Source: a virus (Duplodnaviria > Caudoviricetes). Taken from it: a stretch of 56,378 nt of DNA. The DNA is taken from IMG/VR virus record IMGVR_UViG_3300037961_003088, positions 1 to 56,378 of that record; one strand, written 5' to 3'. The position numbers and the translations under genes were made by a program. Of this stretch, positions 47,666-55,478 are shown piece by piece. The first letter of the stretch is position 1. Each line of letters starts with the position of its first letter. The notes under the pieces are model-generated. The model worked only from the letters and a program-made list of their open reading frames with translations, ran no database searches and was not told the origin of the DNA.

Positions 47666-48190
47666 GTCAATACAGAACCTCCATTGTTCTTATGACTTTG
47701 GTAGAGAGTTTGACAAGACTATTTATTACTCATATTAGTGTTATTGTCAGGTAGTAGTTTTTCTTTAACACTATAGAAGTCTGCTTCATTATAAATCCTA
47801 GATTTAATTCGGGGATATGGAGTGACGATAAATCTTGTCATACTCTCCTATCAATCCCCTAAATTATTAGGAACAATTTAGAGGTCTGTTTGGCACTTTA
47901 GTCTTCCTAACAGTATTGATACTGACTGTCAGACGACTTAAAAAGTGCAAGTATCTAGTCTGATTTTTCTCATTTAGCGAGGGGTTTGAACAGACGATAA
48001 ACAACAAAGCCAATATGTGCAGTCCGATTTCCCACACGTGTGGAGGTTTAGATAGACTTAAAACTAAAAGCCACAATTTGCGAGGCAACTGTTTTGCTAG
48101 TTTCAAAGTCTTAAACAAATAAAAAACTAGCTTCGGACTAGTCTAGTCTATATATATCGAGTGACTGTTGATCGACAACTCTCTCAGTTT
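47666..48190 (+). ncRNA. Candidate large structured ncRNA (~520 nt)
   Basis: Extended -10 TGATAGTCT at 47650-47658; consecutive helices including a ~35-bp irregular duplex (47698-47735/47815-47854) and repeated covarying hairpins; G-U pairs favour the + strand. Confidence 0.65.
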
Positions 48191-48231
48191 TGTAAAAGTT
48201 TGATTTTATTTTGTATTTATGTATGATATTT

Positions 48232-48330
48232 GTTAGTAGTTTTAATTTTCCCTATTATTTAAAACTATGTAACTATAATGTCAATAAGTTTTTTCCTATA
48301 TTCATATAAATAGGGTTCAATTCAGAACCT
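48232..48330 (+). ncRNA. Candidate small RNA with pyrimidine-rich loop
   Basis: TTGATT-16-TATGAT promoter (48200-48227); TAGTTTTAA/TTAAAACTA stem with TTTTCCCTATTAT loop; two further hairpins. Confidence 0.4.
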
Positions 48331-48455
48331 TGCAATTACTTTCATAATGAACGTCTATGTGGTTAAAAAAAACGCAGACCAGTAAATATTTTTCTAGCAG
48401 GAGATCCCATGTGTTCGCTGTGAGCTTTTCTGATTCTAAACATAATTAATAGATC

Positions 48456-48495
48456 CACGCTTTATTAAATCTATGCACGCTTTATTAAATCTATG
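48456..48495 (+). repeat. 20-bp perfect tandem repeat x2 (partial third copy at 48574-48588)
   Basis: CACGCTTTATTAAATCTATG twice. Confidence 0.9.
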
Positions 48496-48632
48496 ACTGA
48501 TAAATATTTTTATCTCACCCAAGAACGATTCCAAGACTGTTTAGTAGGTAAAAAAAATTTCAGGTGGTGAAGAGCTTATTAAATCTATAACTAGTAAATA
48601 TTTTTCACGCAGGCGTGCAAGAAATTAGTGCG

Positions 48633-48680
48633 TAATACGAATACTAACACTAATACTAACACTAATACGACTACTGATAC
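48633..48680 (+). repeat. Degenerate hexamer tandem repeat
   Basis: TAATAC/GAATAC/TAACAC/TGATAC-type units, about 8 copies. Confidence 0.75.
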
Positions 48681-48724
48681 GTTAAATATTTCATTATGAT
48701 TGCAAAATGATTTATAATTTTTAA

Positions 48725-49030
48725 ATGTTTGCAGTTGTTAGACATACTTTTGAAATGGACACTGAGGATAAATATGCTTCAGTAGGAGAGTGGAAACATA
48801 ACGTATGGCTGTTTGATACTGAAGAAGAAGCAATGACTTTTGCAGTGACGTTATTAGATAATCCTATACTCTTAGCTAATGCCCATTCCTTAGCTTATGC
48901 TGTAGAAACTTTACGAACAGGAAAGTATTTTCAAGTAGGCAGAGAGAGTGTTGCCATAGGCAAAGTTCAAGACAAAATAAAAGTTATTGTAGAAAACGAG
49001 GATGAAGATGGAAAAAAATTTATTCATTAG
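48725..49030 (+). CDS. Hypothetical protein, probably leaderless
   Basis: TATAAT at 48713-48718 with 6 nt between it and the ATG; no SD. Confidence 0.65.
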   Translation: MFAVVRHTFEMDTEDKYASVGEWKHNVWLFDTEEEAMTFAVTLLDNPILLANAHSLAYAVETLRTGKYFQVGRESVAIGKVQDKIKVIVENEDEDGKKFIH

Positions 49031-49241
49031 GTGTAGTGAAGAAACTTATAAACTTGCTCATGCTTTGGCTCATAAAGAAAGTCGGTCTTTAAATAAACAG
49101 ATTATTCATATGATACATAAGGAAGCAGAGAAACAAGATTTAGATATTAAGGAAATAGAAAATAGTACTTTAGTAAAAGAAAAACCTCAAATTAAATTGG
49201 GTTTGCAATCGCTTGCTGAAACAAAGATACAGGAGAATTAG
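49002..49241 (+). CDS. Arc-like ribbon-helix-helix DNA-binding protein
   Basis: LFIRCSEETY......A.KESRSLNKQIIHMI. Confidence 0.8.
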   Translation: MKMEKNLFIRCSEETYKLAHALAHKESRSLNKQIIHMIHKEAEKQDLDIKEIENSTLVKEKPQIKLGLQSLAETKIQEN

Positions 49242-49713
49242 TATCTATATACCAGTAGTTGAGTAAAGCATGACTACATTTTTTTAAAACTAATACTTCG
49301 ATCTTTGATAGTTTTTTTGGCTCACTTGTCATTATGTGCCAAAACATCCTTTCGTTTTCAACTCCACATGACTTTCTCAACACTCTTTGTACTTTAATTA
49401 AAATTAAAGATTTGGGAGGCTGAAAAAAACTATGACTAGTAAATATTTTTTCTCTTGGAGATGAATCCGTAATCCCAAAAGTGCCTGATGTGTGAATTAA
49501 ACCAAGATATTTATCGCAAGCATTATGTTCAAATTCACTAATTTTTTTGTCTAGAAATAACTGATCTATTATATGTTGATTGTAAACTATGGCTCTGCCT
49601 AAATTACTACGACCTATCTGTGCAACACCTATTTTTTTTTGTTTGTGTAAATAAGTATTTCCTAGCTCATTAAAATGTAGCTTCTTTTTATATTTCCCAG
49701 TCGAAGTTGTCAT
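49192..49713 (-). CDS. Hypothetical protein downstream of primase-helicase
   Basis: Coupled ORF; IDQLFLDKKIS..EH.A helical motif. Confidence 0.6.
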   Translation of the reverse strand: MTTSTGKYKKKLHFNELGNTYLHKQKKIGVAQIGRSNLGRAIVYNQHIIDQLFLDKKISEFEHNACDKYLGLIHTSGTFGITDSSPREKIFTSHSFFQPPKSLILIKVQRVLRKSCGVENERMFWHIMTSEPKKLSKIEVLVLKKCSHALLNYWYIDTNSPVSLFQQAIANPI

Positions 49714-51427
49714 CTGCTTCTTCTTTTTCTTTATATCTGCCATTTACAGAATTAAAATCCATATTAACACTTCCTAACTTACCTTGCCAGCCCCATCTAG
49801 CTTTCCAAGAGTGTATCTGAACTCCGTCTTCTCCTCTAAAAACTGTTACTCCAGTGTCTGCTTTTGAAAACCAAGCATAAGATTTTGCTATATCAACACC
49901 AGTAGCTATCTGTTTTTTACTTCTGTCCATTGGTTTAGTTGGGTGAGCTACGAACATGACTAAGCAATCATGTGCTTTGGCAAACAGTTGAACTTTTGTA
50001 AGCATATCTGAAACCATGTCTGTTTCTAAAGCATATTGTTTGTCTGTCTGTATAAAATTAAATGGATCAATTACTAATATTCTTATGCCATACCTCATAA
50101 CAGCACTTGCTCCTTTTTCTAAAATGGCTTCTATTGTAGGCATATCTCCGTCTAAATAATCTTGAAAAAGAATATGTTCTTTTATCCAGCTTTCAGCATA
50201 ATCTTTCTCCTCTTGTGTCATTCTTTCGTTCACTCCCTTAAAAAATGGCTTACCAGTGATAATTTGTGAGAGTTGCACACTATGAAGTTGCGGTGGTTTT
50301 TCAAAAGAACAAAAGCAAGTTTTCCAGCCATTATTACGACCTACATTTACTATTAATTGATCAATAAATGCTGATTTACCATCCCCAGCATGACCAGTAA
50401 AAATGTAAAGGTTGCCTGTTGTAAGAGTAAAAAGTTTATCTACACTCGCAAATCCAGTTGATACACCGCTAGGCATACCTTTATCGTATAAACTCTGAAA
50501 TGCTTCTGCATAACTGTCTATGGTATTTAAGTTGTGCAATGGTATTGGCTCGCTATCTAAGACTTGTTTTACTAATACATCTTTACCCTCGCTTATTAGC
50601 AATTCATTGCTATCTTTATAGCCTTTATAATCTACTCTATAACATCTTGCCTTGTTTAATCTTCTAGAAAGTTCATCTGCTAGTATATCTCCAGCGAGAT
50701 CGCTATCCGTTGCCAATATAATTCTTTTTTTGTTCTCAAACTTTTCCCTTTCATTCCAAACGTATTTAAATCTACCATCTTCGCTAGGATCTACTTTATT
50801 ATCTGATATTTTGTTTGGACTGCCATTTGGTACTGAATAAACTTCTAAATTTGCAACGTCTTTGAAAGCAGTTCTAATTGCAAGGCAATCCATTTCACCC
50901 TCTGTTACAACGATAGTATCTGATAAATCTAACTCTTTATTGTCTAATTTTTTATCATATGTAAAATTACCCCATAGCCTTTGTGCATTACCATCCCACC
51001 AAAACAATTTATCCCCATTTGCTGTCCTAAATTTTACAGCTTCAACTCCATCCTCTGCAGGATAGGTAAAAGCTATGACTGGTTTATATTTTTTTTCTGT
51101 CGCCAGACATCCAGATTTTTTTGCTACATCAGGACATATTTTTCTATCTTTTAACCATTGCACTGCTTTTTCATTTTCTAGTTTTGGCACATCTACCTTT
51201 TTTTGTTTTTTCACTATATTAAGTTTTGTGGACACATTGTTATTAACGATACCATTTTCACCGCAATGGTGACAGTAATAAGCGACAGTATTATTATCCT
51301 TATTTACTGATAAAGGTCTATCTCCTTTATTCTTGGTTCTACTGCTTTGACACACAGGACATTTAATCTTATGTTGTCCGTGTTGTAAATTTCTAGTGCT
51401 ACATTCAATTTCTGTATTGACATTCAT
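49688..51427 (-). CDS. Primase-helicase (T7 gp4/Twinkle-like)
   Basis: CPVC...CHHC Zn finger, TOPRIM TEGEMD and ATDSD.AG, Walker A GHAGDGKS, IDP, VAHPTK. Confidence 0.92.
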   Translation of the reverse strand: MNVNTEIECSTRNLQHGQHKIKCPVCQSSRTKNKGDRPLSVNKDNNTVAYYCHHCGENGIVNNNVSTKLNIVKKQKKVDVPKLENEKAVQWLKDRKICPDVAKKSGCLATEKKYKPVIAFTYPAEDGVEAVKFRTANGDKLFWWDGNAQRLWGNFTYDKKLDNKELDLSDTIVVTEGEMDCLAIRTAFKDVANLEVYSVPNGSPNKISDNKVDPSEDGRFKYVWNEREKFENKKRIILATDSDLAGDILADELSRRLNKARCYRVDYKGYKDSNELLISEGKDVLVKQVLDSEPIPLHNLNTIDSYAEAFQSLYDKGMPSGVSTGFASVDKLFTLTTGNLYIFTGHAGDGKSAFIDQLIVNVGRNNGWKTCFCSFEKPPQLHSVQLSQIITGKPFFKGVNERMTQEEKDYAESWIKEHILFQDYLDGDMPTIEAILEKGASAVMRYGIRILVIDPFNFIQTDKQYALETDMVSDMLTKVQLFAKAHDCLVMFVAHPTKPMDRSKKQIATGVDIAKSYAWFSKADTGVTVFRGEDGVQIHSWKARWGWQGKLGSVNMDFNSVNGRYKEKEEADDNFDWEI

Positions 51428-51453
51428 TTAGTTTTCTCCTATTTTTTTTACTA

Positions 51454-51510
51454 GTATATACTTACTTGTATATACTTATTATTAAAATATAGTAAGTATA
51501 TACTTACTAT
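51454..51510. repeat. GTATATACTTA x3 and a 22-bp perfect palindrome
   Basis: Copies at 51454, 51468 and 51496; ATAGTAAGTATATACTTACTAT at 51489-51510. Confidence 0.9.
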
Positions 51511-51797
51511 TGCCAGCAATCGCATTCATCCTCTTCTATCATAAATAAATGTTTATCTATCATGCCTGATATTTTATTAGCTATCTTTTTACGTGATATT
51601 ATAGGGTAATCATACATCTCGGTAATGCTGTCTTTAACCCCTTTTTTATCCATTTTCAGATGTTCGCATAAACTAGCAAAATCTTCGGTATTGAAGTAAA
51701 ATAAAGCTTGTTGAGAAGTTTCAGGATCTTTGCTTGCAACATCCCTTATGGCTTGTTTCAATATGCTTCCTTGTAACTTTTGCAATTCTTTATTCAT
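51507..51797 (-). CDS. Hypothetical protein
   Basis: ILKQAIRD...A..YF...DF..LC pattern. Confidence 0.65.
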   Translation of the reverse strand: MNKELQKLQGSILKQAIRDVASKDPETSQQALFYFNTEDFASLCEHLKMDKKGVKDSITEMYDYPIISRKKIANKISGMIDKHLFMIEEDECDCWQ

Positions 51798-51819
51798 TTC
51801 TAAATCCTAAACCATTATC

Positions 51820-51847
51820 TTGACATTATCAATACATCAATTAAACT
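51820..51847 (+). promoter_or_regulatory. Sigma70 promoter for the recombination operon
   Basis: TTGACA-16-TAAACT in a divergent intergenic gap. Confidence 0.65.
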
Positions 51848-51896
51848 TGTATTTAACATCATTTTAAGCGACTTGATTTAATTGGAGATAAATATA

Positions 51897-52142
51897 GTGA
51901 AATTTGAAATAAAAGATGGCATACCCTTGCCTGAAAACGTAGGAAGACCTAGAAAATATGATATTGATTTAGATTTGCTAGAAAGAGGGCAAATGTTAAA
52001 AGTTAATATTGCAAAAGTAGATATATCTAGAGAGGCAAAAATTTTGAGAAATTACATACTTAGATATACACATAAAAATCCAAGAAAGAAATTTAGTGTT
52101 AGATCGCTTTCAGATGGTGTAGGAATTTGGAGGATTAAATGA
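51897..52142 (+). CDS. Small putative DNA-binding protein
   Basis: IKDGIPLP..GRPRKY...L..G...FSVR...GVGIWRI; GGAG RBS before GTG. Confidence 0.65.
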   Translation: MKFEIKDGIPLPENVGRPRKYDIDLDLLERGQMLKVNIAKVDISREAKILRNYILRYTHKNPRKKFSVRSLSDGVGIWRIK

Positions 52143-52270
52143 GATCAAATACAAGCATGATAGTTGAACTATTAGATAAATTTCACGAAGACGATTTTGC
52201 AGATTTGTTAATCGAAATTATTAAAAATATGCGAGAGCAAAAAGAAACAAGGGGAGATAATGATAACTAA
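52139..52270 (+). CDS. Hypothetical protein (43 aa, not in ORF track)
   Basis: ATGA overlap, GGAGG RBS; MRSNTSMIVELLDKFHEDDF... Confidence 0.55.
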   Translation: MRSNTSMIVELLDKFHEDDFADLLIEIIKNMREQKETRGDNDN

Positions 52271-52451
52271 AAAAGAGTTAGAGAAAAATAATTGGACTGT
52301 TGTTCCTAAAGGAGTTTGGTTTGGTGTTGATTTTGATCAAGCACATAAAGTAAATGTTTTACAGATACTTACCGATCTGTTGGATTTAGATACAAACGCA
52401 GAAGGCTATAATTTTGTAGTTTGTGCCTATAAAAAAGAAGGAGGAGAATAA
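52260..52451 (+). CDS. Hypothetical protein
   Basis: GGGGAG RBS, coupled. Confidence 0.6.
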   Translation: MITKKELEKNNWTVVPKGVWFGVDFDQAHKVNVLQILTDLLDLDTNAEGYNFVVCAYKKEGGE

Positions 52452-52801
52452 TGACACTATATAATATTTACTATCACGATAGTTGTGGCAATACAGATTT
52501 AGTTGCCACTACTAATAATCCTAATAAATGGTTAGAAGTCAATAATCAACAAAGAATTGGTGATGGCAACGAGCCTGAAAAACTTGAAGATTTTGAAATT
52601 CAAGAAACTAATTCATTTATTTATGAGGAGAAGATGGATAAACCTAAGATGGAAATAGTGTCTGATGATCTTGTTTGGATAGATTTTAAGGGCAAAGAAA
52701 TTAGATTAGAACAAGATAATCTTTACAACGAAGGCAAATTGATGATAACTGTTCACAACAAAGGTGAAGATTATCATGAAAAACTTTTAGTTGAGGAATG
52801 A
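52451..52801 (+). CDS. Hypothetical protein, possibly two fused small genes (internal start MDKPK at 52634)
   Basis: Internal GAGGAG RBS + ATG in frame. Confidence 0.55.
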   Translation: MTLYNIYYHDSCGNTDLVATTNNPNKWLEVNNQQRIGDGNEPEKLEDFEIQETNSFIYEEKMDKPKMEIVSDDLVWIDFKGKEIRLEQDNLYNEGKLMITVHNKGEDYHEKLLVEE

Positions 52802-53049
52802 TGAGTGCTGAGATAGTGACTGATTACAAAATTATAAATTACAAAAAATTTAATTGGTATGACACACAAGCATACAAATTTAGTGGTGATGATAATAATG
52901 GCTTCATTTATGGGTATGTTGAATGGTATGGAAATCAAGCATTAGATGACGCTTTAGAATATGCCAATGATGATGTGTATTGGTCATGGTTTAAAACTAA
53001 AGAAGAAAGAGATAAAGATTTAAGTAAGTGGATGGAGATGAATGATTGA
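52798..53049 (+). CDS. Hypothetical protein
   Basis: Coupled; WFKTKEERD motif. Confidence 0.6.
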   Translation: MMSAEIVTDYKIINYKKFNWYDTQAYKFSGDDNNGFIYGYVEWYGNQALDDALEYANDDVYWSWFKTKEERDKDLSKWMEMND

Positions 53050-53936
53050 AACACACTAACATACATAATATACCAGTAGAAATAATCAGAGCCATAGAAA
53101 ATGATAGCTATTCTAAAGGCAATGCAGATATATCAGTCACAGGCTTAATACAATCTCCAAGAATAAGACTTTTACACAAAAAACACCAAACAGAACTAAC
53201 ATCAGATTATGCAGACGAAATATGGAAAGTATTAGGGCAAGCAGTACACACAATACTAGAGAGGGCAAATCAAGATCAAGAAGATACCATTACAGAGCAA
53301 AGATTTTTTTATCCTGTAAATAATTGGGTAGTAAGTGGGCAGACTGATAGTATGTCAGTTAATGAAAATACACTAAAAGATTTTAAGGTTACGTCTGTTT
53401 GGAGCATAATCTCAGCTTTACAGGATGGCAAACTTGATTGGGAAAGACAATTAAATTGCTATGCTTGGCTATATCATATGAACACAGGAAAAAAAATAGA
53501 CCAGTTAAATATTATTGCATTAGCTAGAGATTGGAACAAACGAGAACTTCAAAGAAGAGGAGGTGATTATCCCTCTACTGCAATATCAGTGATAAAAATA
53601 CCTTTATGGACAACAAAAAAACAAAAAGAATATATTGAACAAAGAGTATCAGAACATCAAACATCTAACCTAAACTTCGACATTGATGGCAATTTGCCTT
53701 TATGTTCGGATGAAGATAGATGGAAAAAGAAAGACACATATCGAGTGCTAAAGAAAGGAAGAAAAACTGCTTTGCGAGTTTTTGATTCTATGTCTGAAGC
53801 AAGTAAATATGTAAAGGGCAATGAAGCTAGTGATATAAGTATCGAACATTCTCATGGCGAGTTTGCAAGATGTGTTGGAAATTACTGCGGAGTTGCTGAA
53901 TTTTGTACTCAATTTAACGGAGGTAAAAATGGATGA
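53046..53936 (+). CDS. PD-(D/E)xK exonuclease (Cas4/AddB-like)
   Basis: G.AVH..LE, GQTD, DFKVT, QLNCY, C-terminal Cys cluster RC..NYC.VAEFC.Q. Confidence 0.85.
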   Translation: MKHTNIHNIPVEIIRAIENDSYSKGNADISVTGLIQSPRIRLLHKKHQTELTSDYADEIWKVLGQAVHTILERANQDQEDTITEQRFFYPVNNWVVSGQTDSMSVNENTLKDFKVTSVWSIISALQDGKLDWERQLNCYAWLYHMNTGKKIDQLNIIALARDWNKRELQRRGGDYPSTAISVIKIPLWTTKKQKEYIEQRVSEHQTSNLNFDIDGNLPLCSDEDRWKKKDTYRVLKKGRKTALRVFDSMSEASKYVKGNEASDISIEHSHGEFARCVGNYCGVAEFCTQFNGGKNG

Positions 53937-54285
53937 TACAAAAAATAATTTGGTAGAAAATAATTTCTACTTTTATGTAAGTACCCTCTGCAAAGATGGT
54001 AGCCATGAATATACTGATGGCTTTTTAGTAGCTAGTTCGGAAAATCTTTTATCACATGATGAAAAGTGGGAAATATATCAAGAAGTAATTCTTGACTGGA
54101 ACTACAATCATTGTGAATGGAATGGAAGCATAAACTCTTACTGGGATGGCGAGAGGCTTATATCAGTAAGGTCTATAGTAGCACTGCCATACCATAAATA
54201 CGAAGTAATGAGTGAATATTTGCCATGTGTATTAGATTTTGACAGACTTTTAGAGGGTTCTGACGAGGAGACAGTACATGAGTAG
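53929..54285 (+). CDS. Hypothetical protein
   Basis: GGAGG RBS; inserted between exonuclease and annealase. Confidence 0.65.
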   Translation: MDDTKNNLVENNFYFYVSTLCKDGSHEYTDGFLVASSENLLSHDEKWEIYQEVILDWNYNHCEWNGSINSYWDGERLISVRSIVALPYHKYEVMSEYLPCVLDFDRLLEGSDEETVHE

Positions 54286-55150
54286 TGAGAATATAAACGA
54301 CAAAATACATGATGAAGTAAATGCAGTACAAGATCCAACAGCCTATAGCCCTAATTATAGTGAAATATGGAGCAAACTTAGTGTCATAAACTGTGAAGAT
54401 AAAGTAGAGAAAAAAATGGGTTTAAGTTTTTTATCTTGGGCATGGGCTTGGGATAAAGTCATGGAAGTTTATCCTAATGCTCAATACTACTTTTACGAAG
54501 ATAAAAATACCCATGTGCCTTATGTTAGATACCCTGATGGAAGTGCTGAGGTACGTTGTACAGTAATAATAGGTCACTGTGTAAGGGAAATGTGGCTTCC
54601 TGTGATGGATTATAAAAATAATGCCATAACTGAGCCTAACTCTAGACAGGTAAGCGATACAAAAATGAGATGTTTGGTAAAGTGCTTGGCTATGTTTGGT
54701 CTTGGACATCATATCTATGCTGGTGAAGATGTGCCAAAACAAAAAAGCACTACGCAAAAAGAAGACAAATCAGCGAAGGCTAGTAAAAACCTAGACCAGT
54801 CAAATATTTCTACACAAGCAGCGACCACGCAGCGTGAAAAAAATTCTGAAAATGACGACAGTTCTCCTAGTAAGGATTTACAAGAAGAAACTGTTGATTG
54901 GAAACTAGCTCCTAATGAAACTCAAATGGAAGAGGGAGCTAAAATGTGGAAAGATGGATTTATTTCTAGTCTTACACTTTTTAAAACTAAAGAAGAAGTT
55001 AATGGTCAGTGGCTCAATGAAGAGAACAGACCGAATATTACTTTTATGGAAAAGAAATTTCCTGAAATATACAGAGAAATGGTAAATGCTATAAAAGATT
55101 ATGTATCAAAACTACCACAGGAGGAAAAAGATGGAAAAGATACAAAGTGA
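54278..55150 (+). CDS. Sak3/DUF1071-like ssDNA annealing protein
   Basis: LSFLSWAWAW...LPVMDYKN...MRCLVK.LAMFGLG.HIYAGED. Confidence 0.85.
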   Translation: MSSENINDKIHDEVNAVQDPTAYSPNYSEIWSKLSVINCEDKVEKKMGLSFLSWAWAWDKVMEVYPNAQYYFYEDKNTHVPYVRYPDGSAEVRCTVIIGHCVREMWLPVMDYKNNAITEPNSRQVSDTKMRCLVKCLAMFGLGHHIYAGEDVPKQKSTTQKEDKSAKASKNLDQSNISTQAATTQREKNSENDDSSPSKDLQEETVDWKLAPNETQMEEGAKMWKDGFISSLTLFKTKEEVNGQWLNEENRPNITFMEKKFPEIYREMVNAIKDYVSKLPQEEKDGKDTK

Positions 55151-55478
55151 TGGAGCGATTTACATCAATGATTTTAAATCGAAAAGTACTCAACCTGATT
55201 GGACAGGTAAAGTTGAACTTAGTACAGAACTGTTAAAACAGTTAGTGACTAAGGTTAAGGAAAATGAAAAGGCTGAACTTAGGATAGCACTTTGGGATAG
55301 AACTTCTAAGCAAGATAAAGAGTATAAGTATGCAAGACTAGACGTACCAGTGGAACAGAAAAAAGATGAAACTGTAGAAGCTAAAGTTGTAGATACTCCT
55401 ATGGATGAATCTGCTGTTGAAGAGGTCGCAGAGCCTAATAAAAAACAGGATGATTATGAAGACAAAATCCCATTTTAG
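55131..55478 (+). CDS. Putative single-stranded DNA-binding protein
   Basis: QPDWTG.V...IALW; acidic tail ending DKIPF. Confidence 0.75.
   Translation: MEKIQSDGAIYINDFKSKSTQPDWTGKVELSTELLKQLVTKVKENEKAELRIALWDRTSKQDKEYKYARLDVPVEQKKDETVEAKVVDTPMDESAVEEVAEPNKKQDDYEDKIPF

Noticed and set aside
47811-47860. tRNA/tmRNA-like GGGGAT...ATCCCC
   Set aside because: No T-arm (TTCRA), no CCA end, no cloverleaf; no tRNA recognised anywhere in the window
47925-48030. Group I intron core (TCAGACGACTTA and GTGCAGTCCGA resemble the R/S elements)
   Set aside because: No interrupted gene, and I could not build P3/P4/P6 or splice sites; the AGTC/GACT words are explained by local hairpins
47867-48118. 83-aa minus-strand ORF in the large gap
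   Set aside because: Non-ATG start, no RBS, no recognisable motifs, opposite to flanking genes; the region is better explained by RNA structure
48456-48605. Mini CRISPR array
   Set aside because: Repeats are directly adjacent or irregularly spaced, with no uniform spacers and no cas genes
53046-53936. CRISPR-associated Cas4
   Set aside because: Context with Sak3 and SSB indicates a recombination exonuclease
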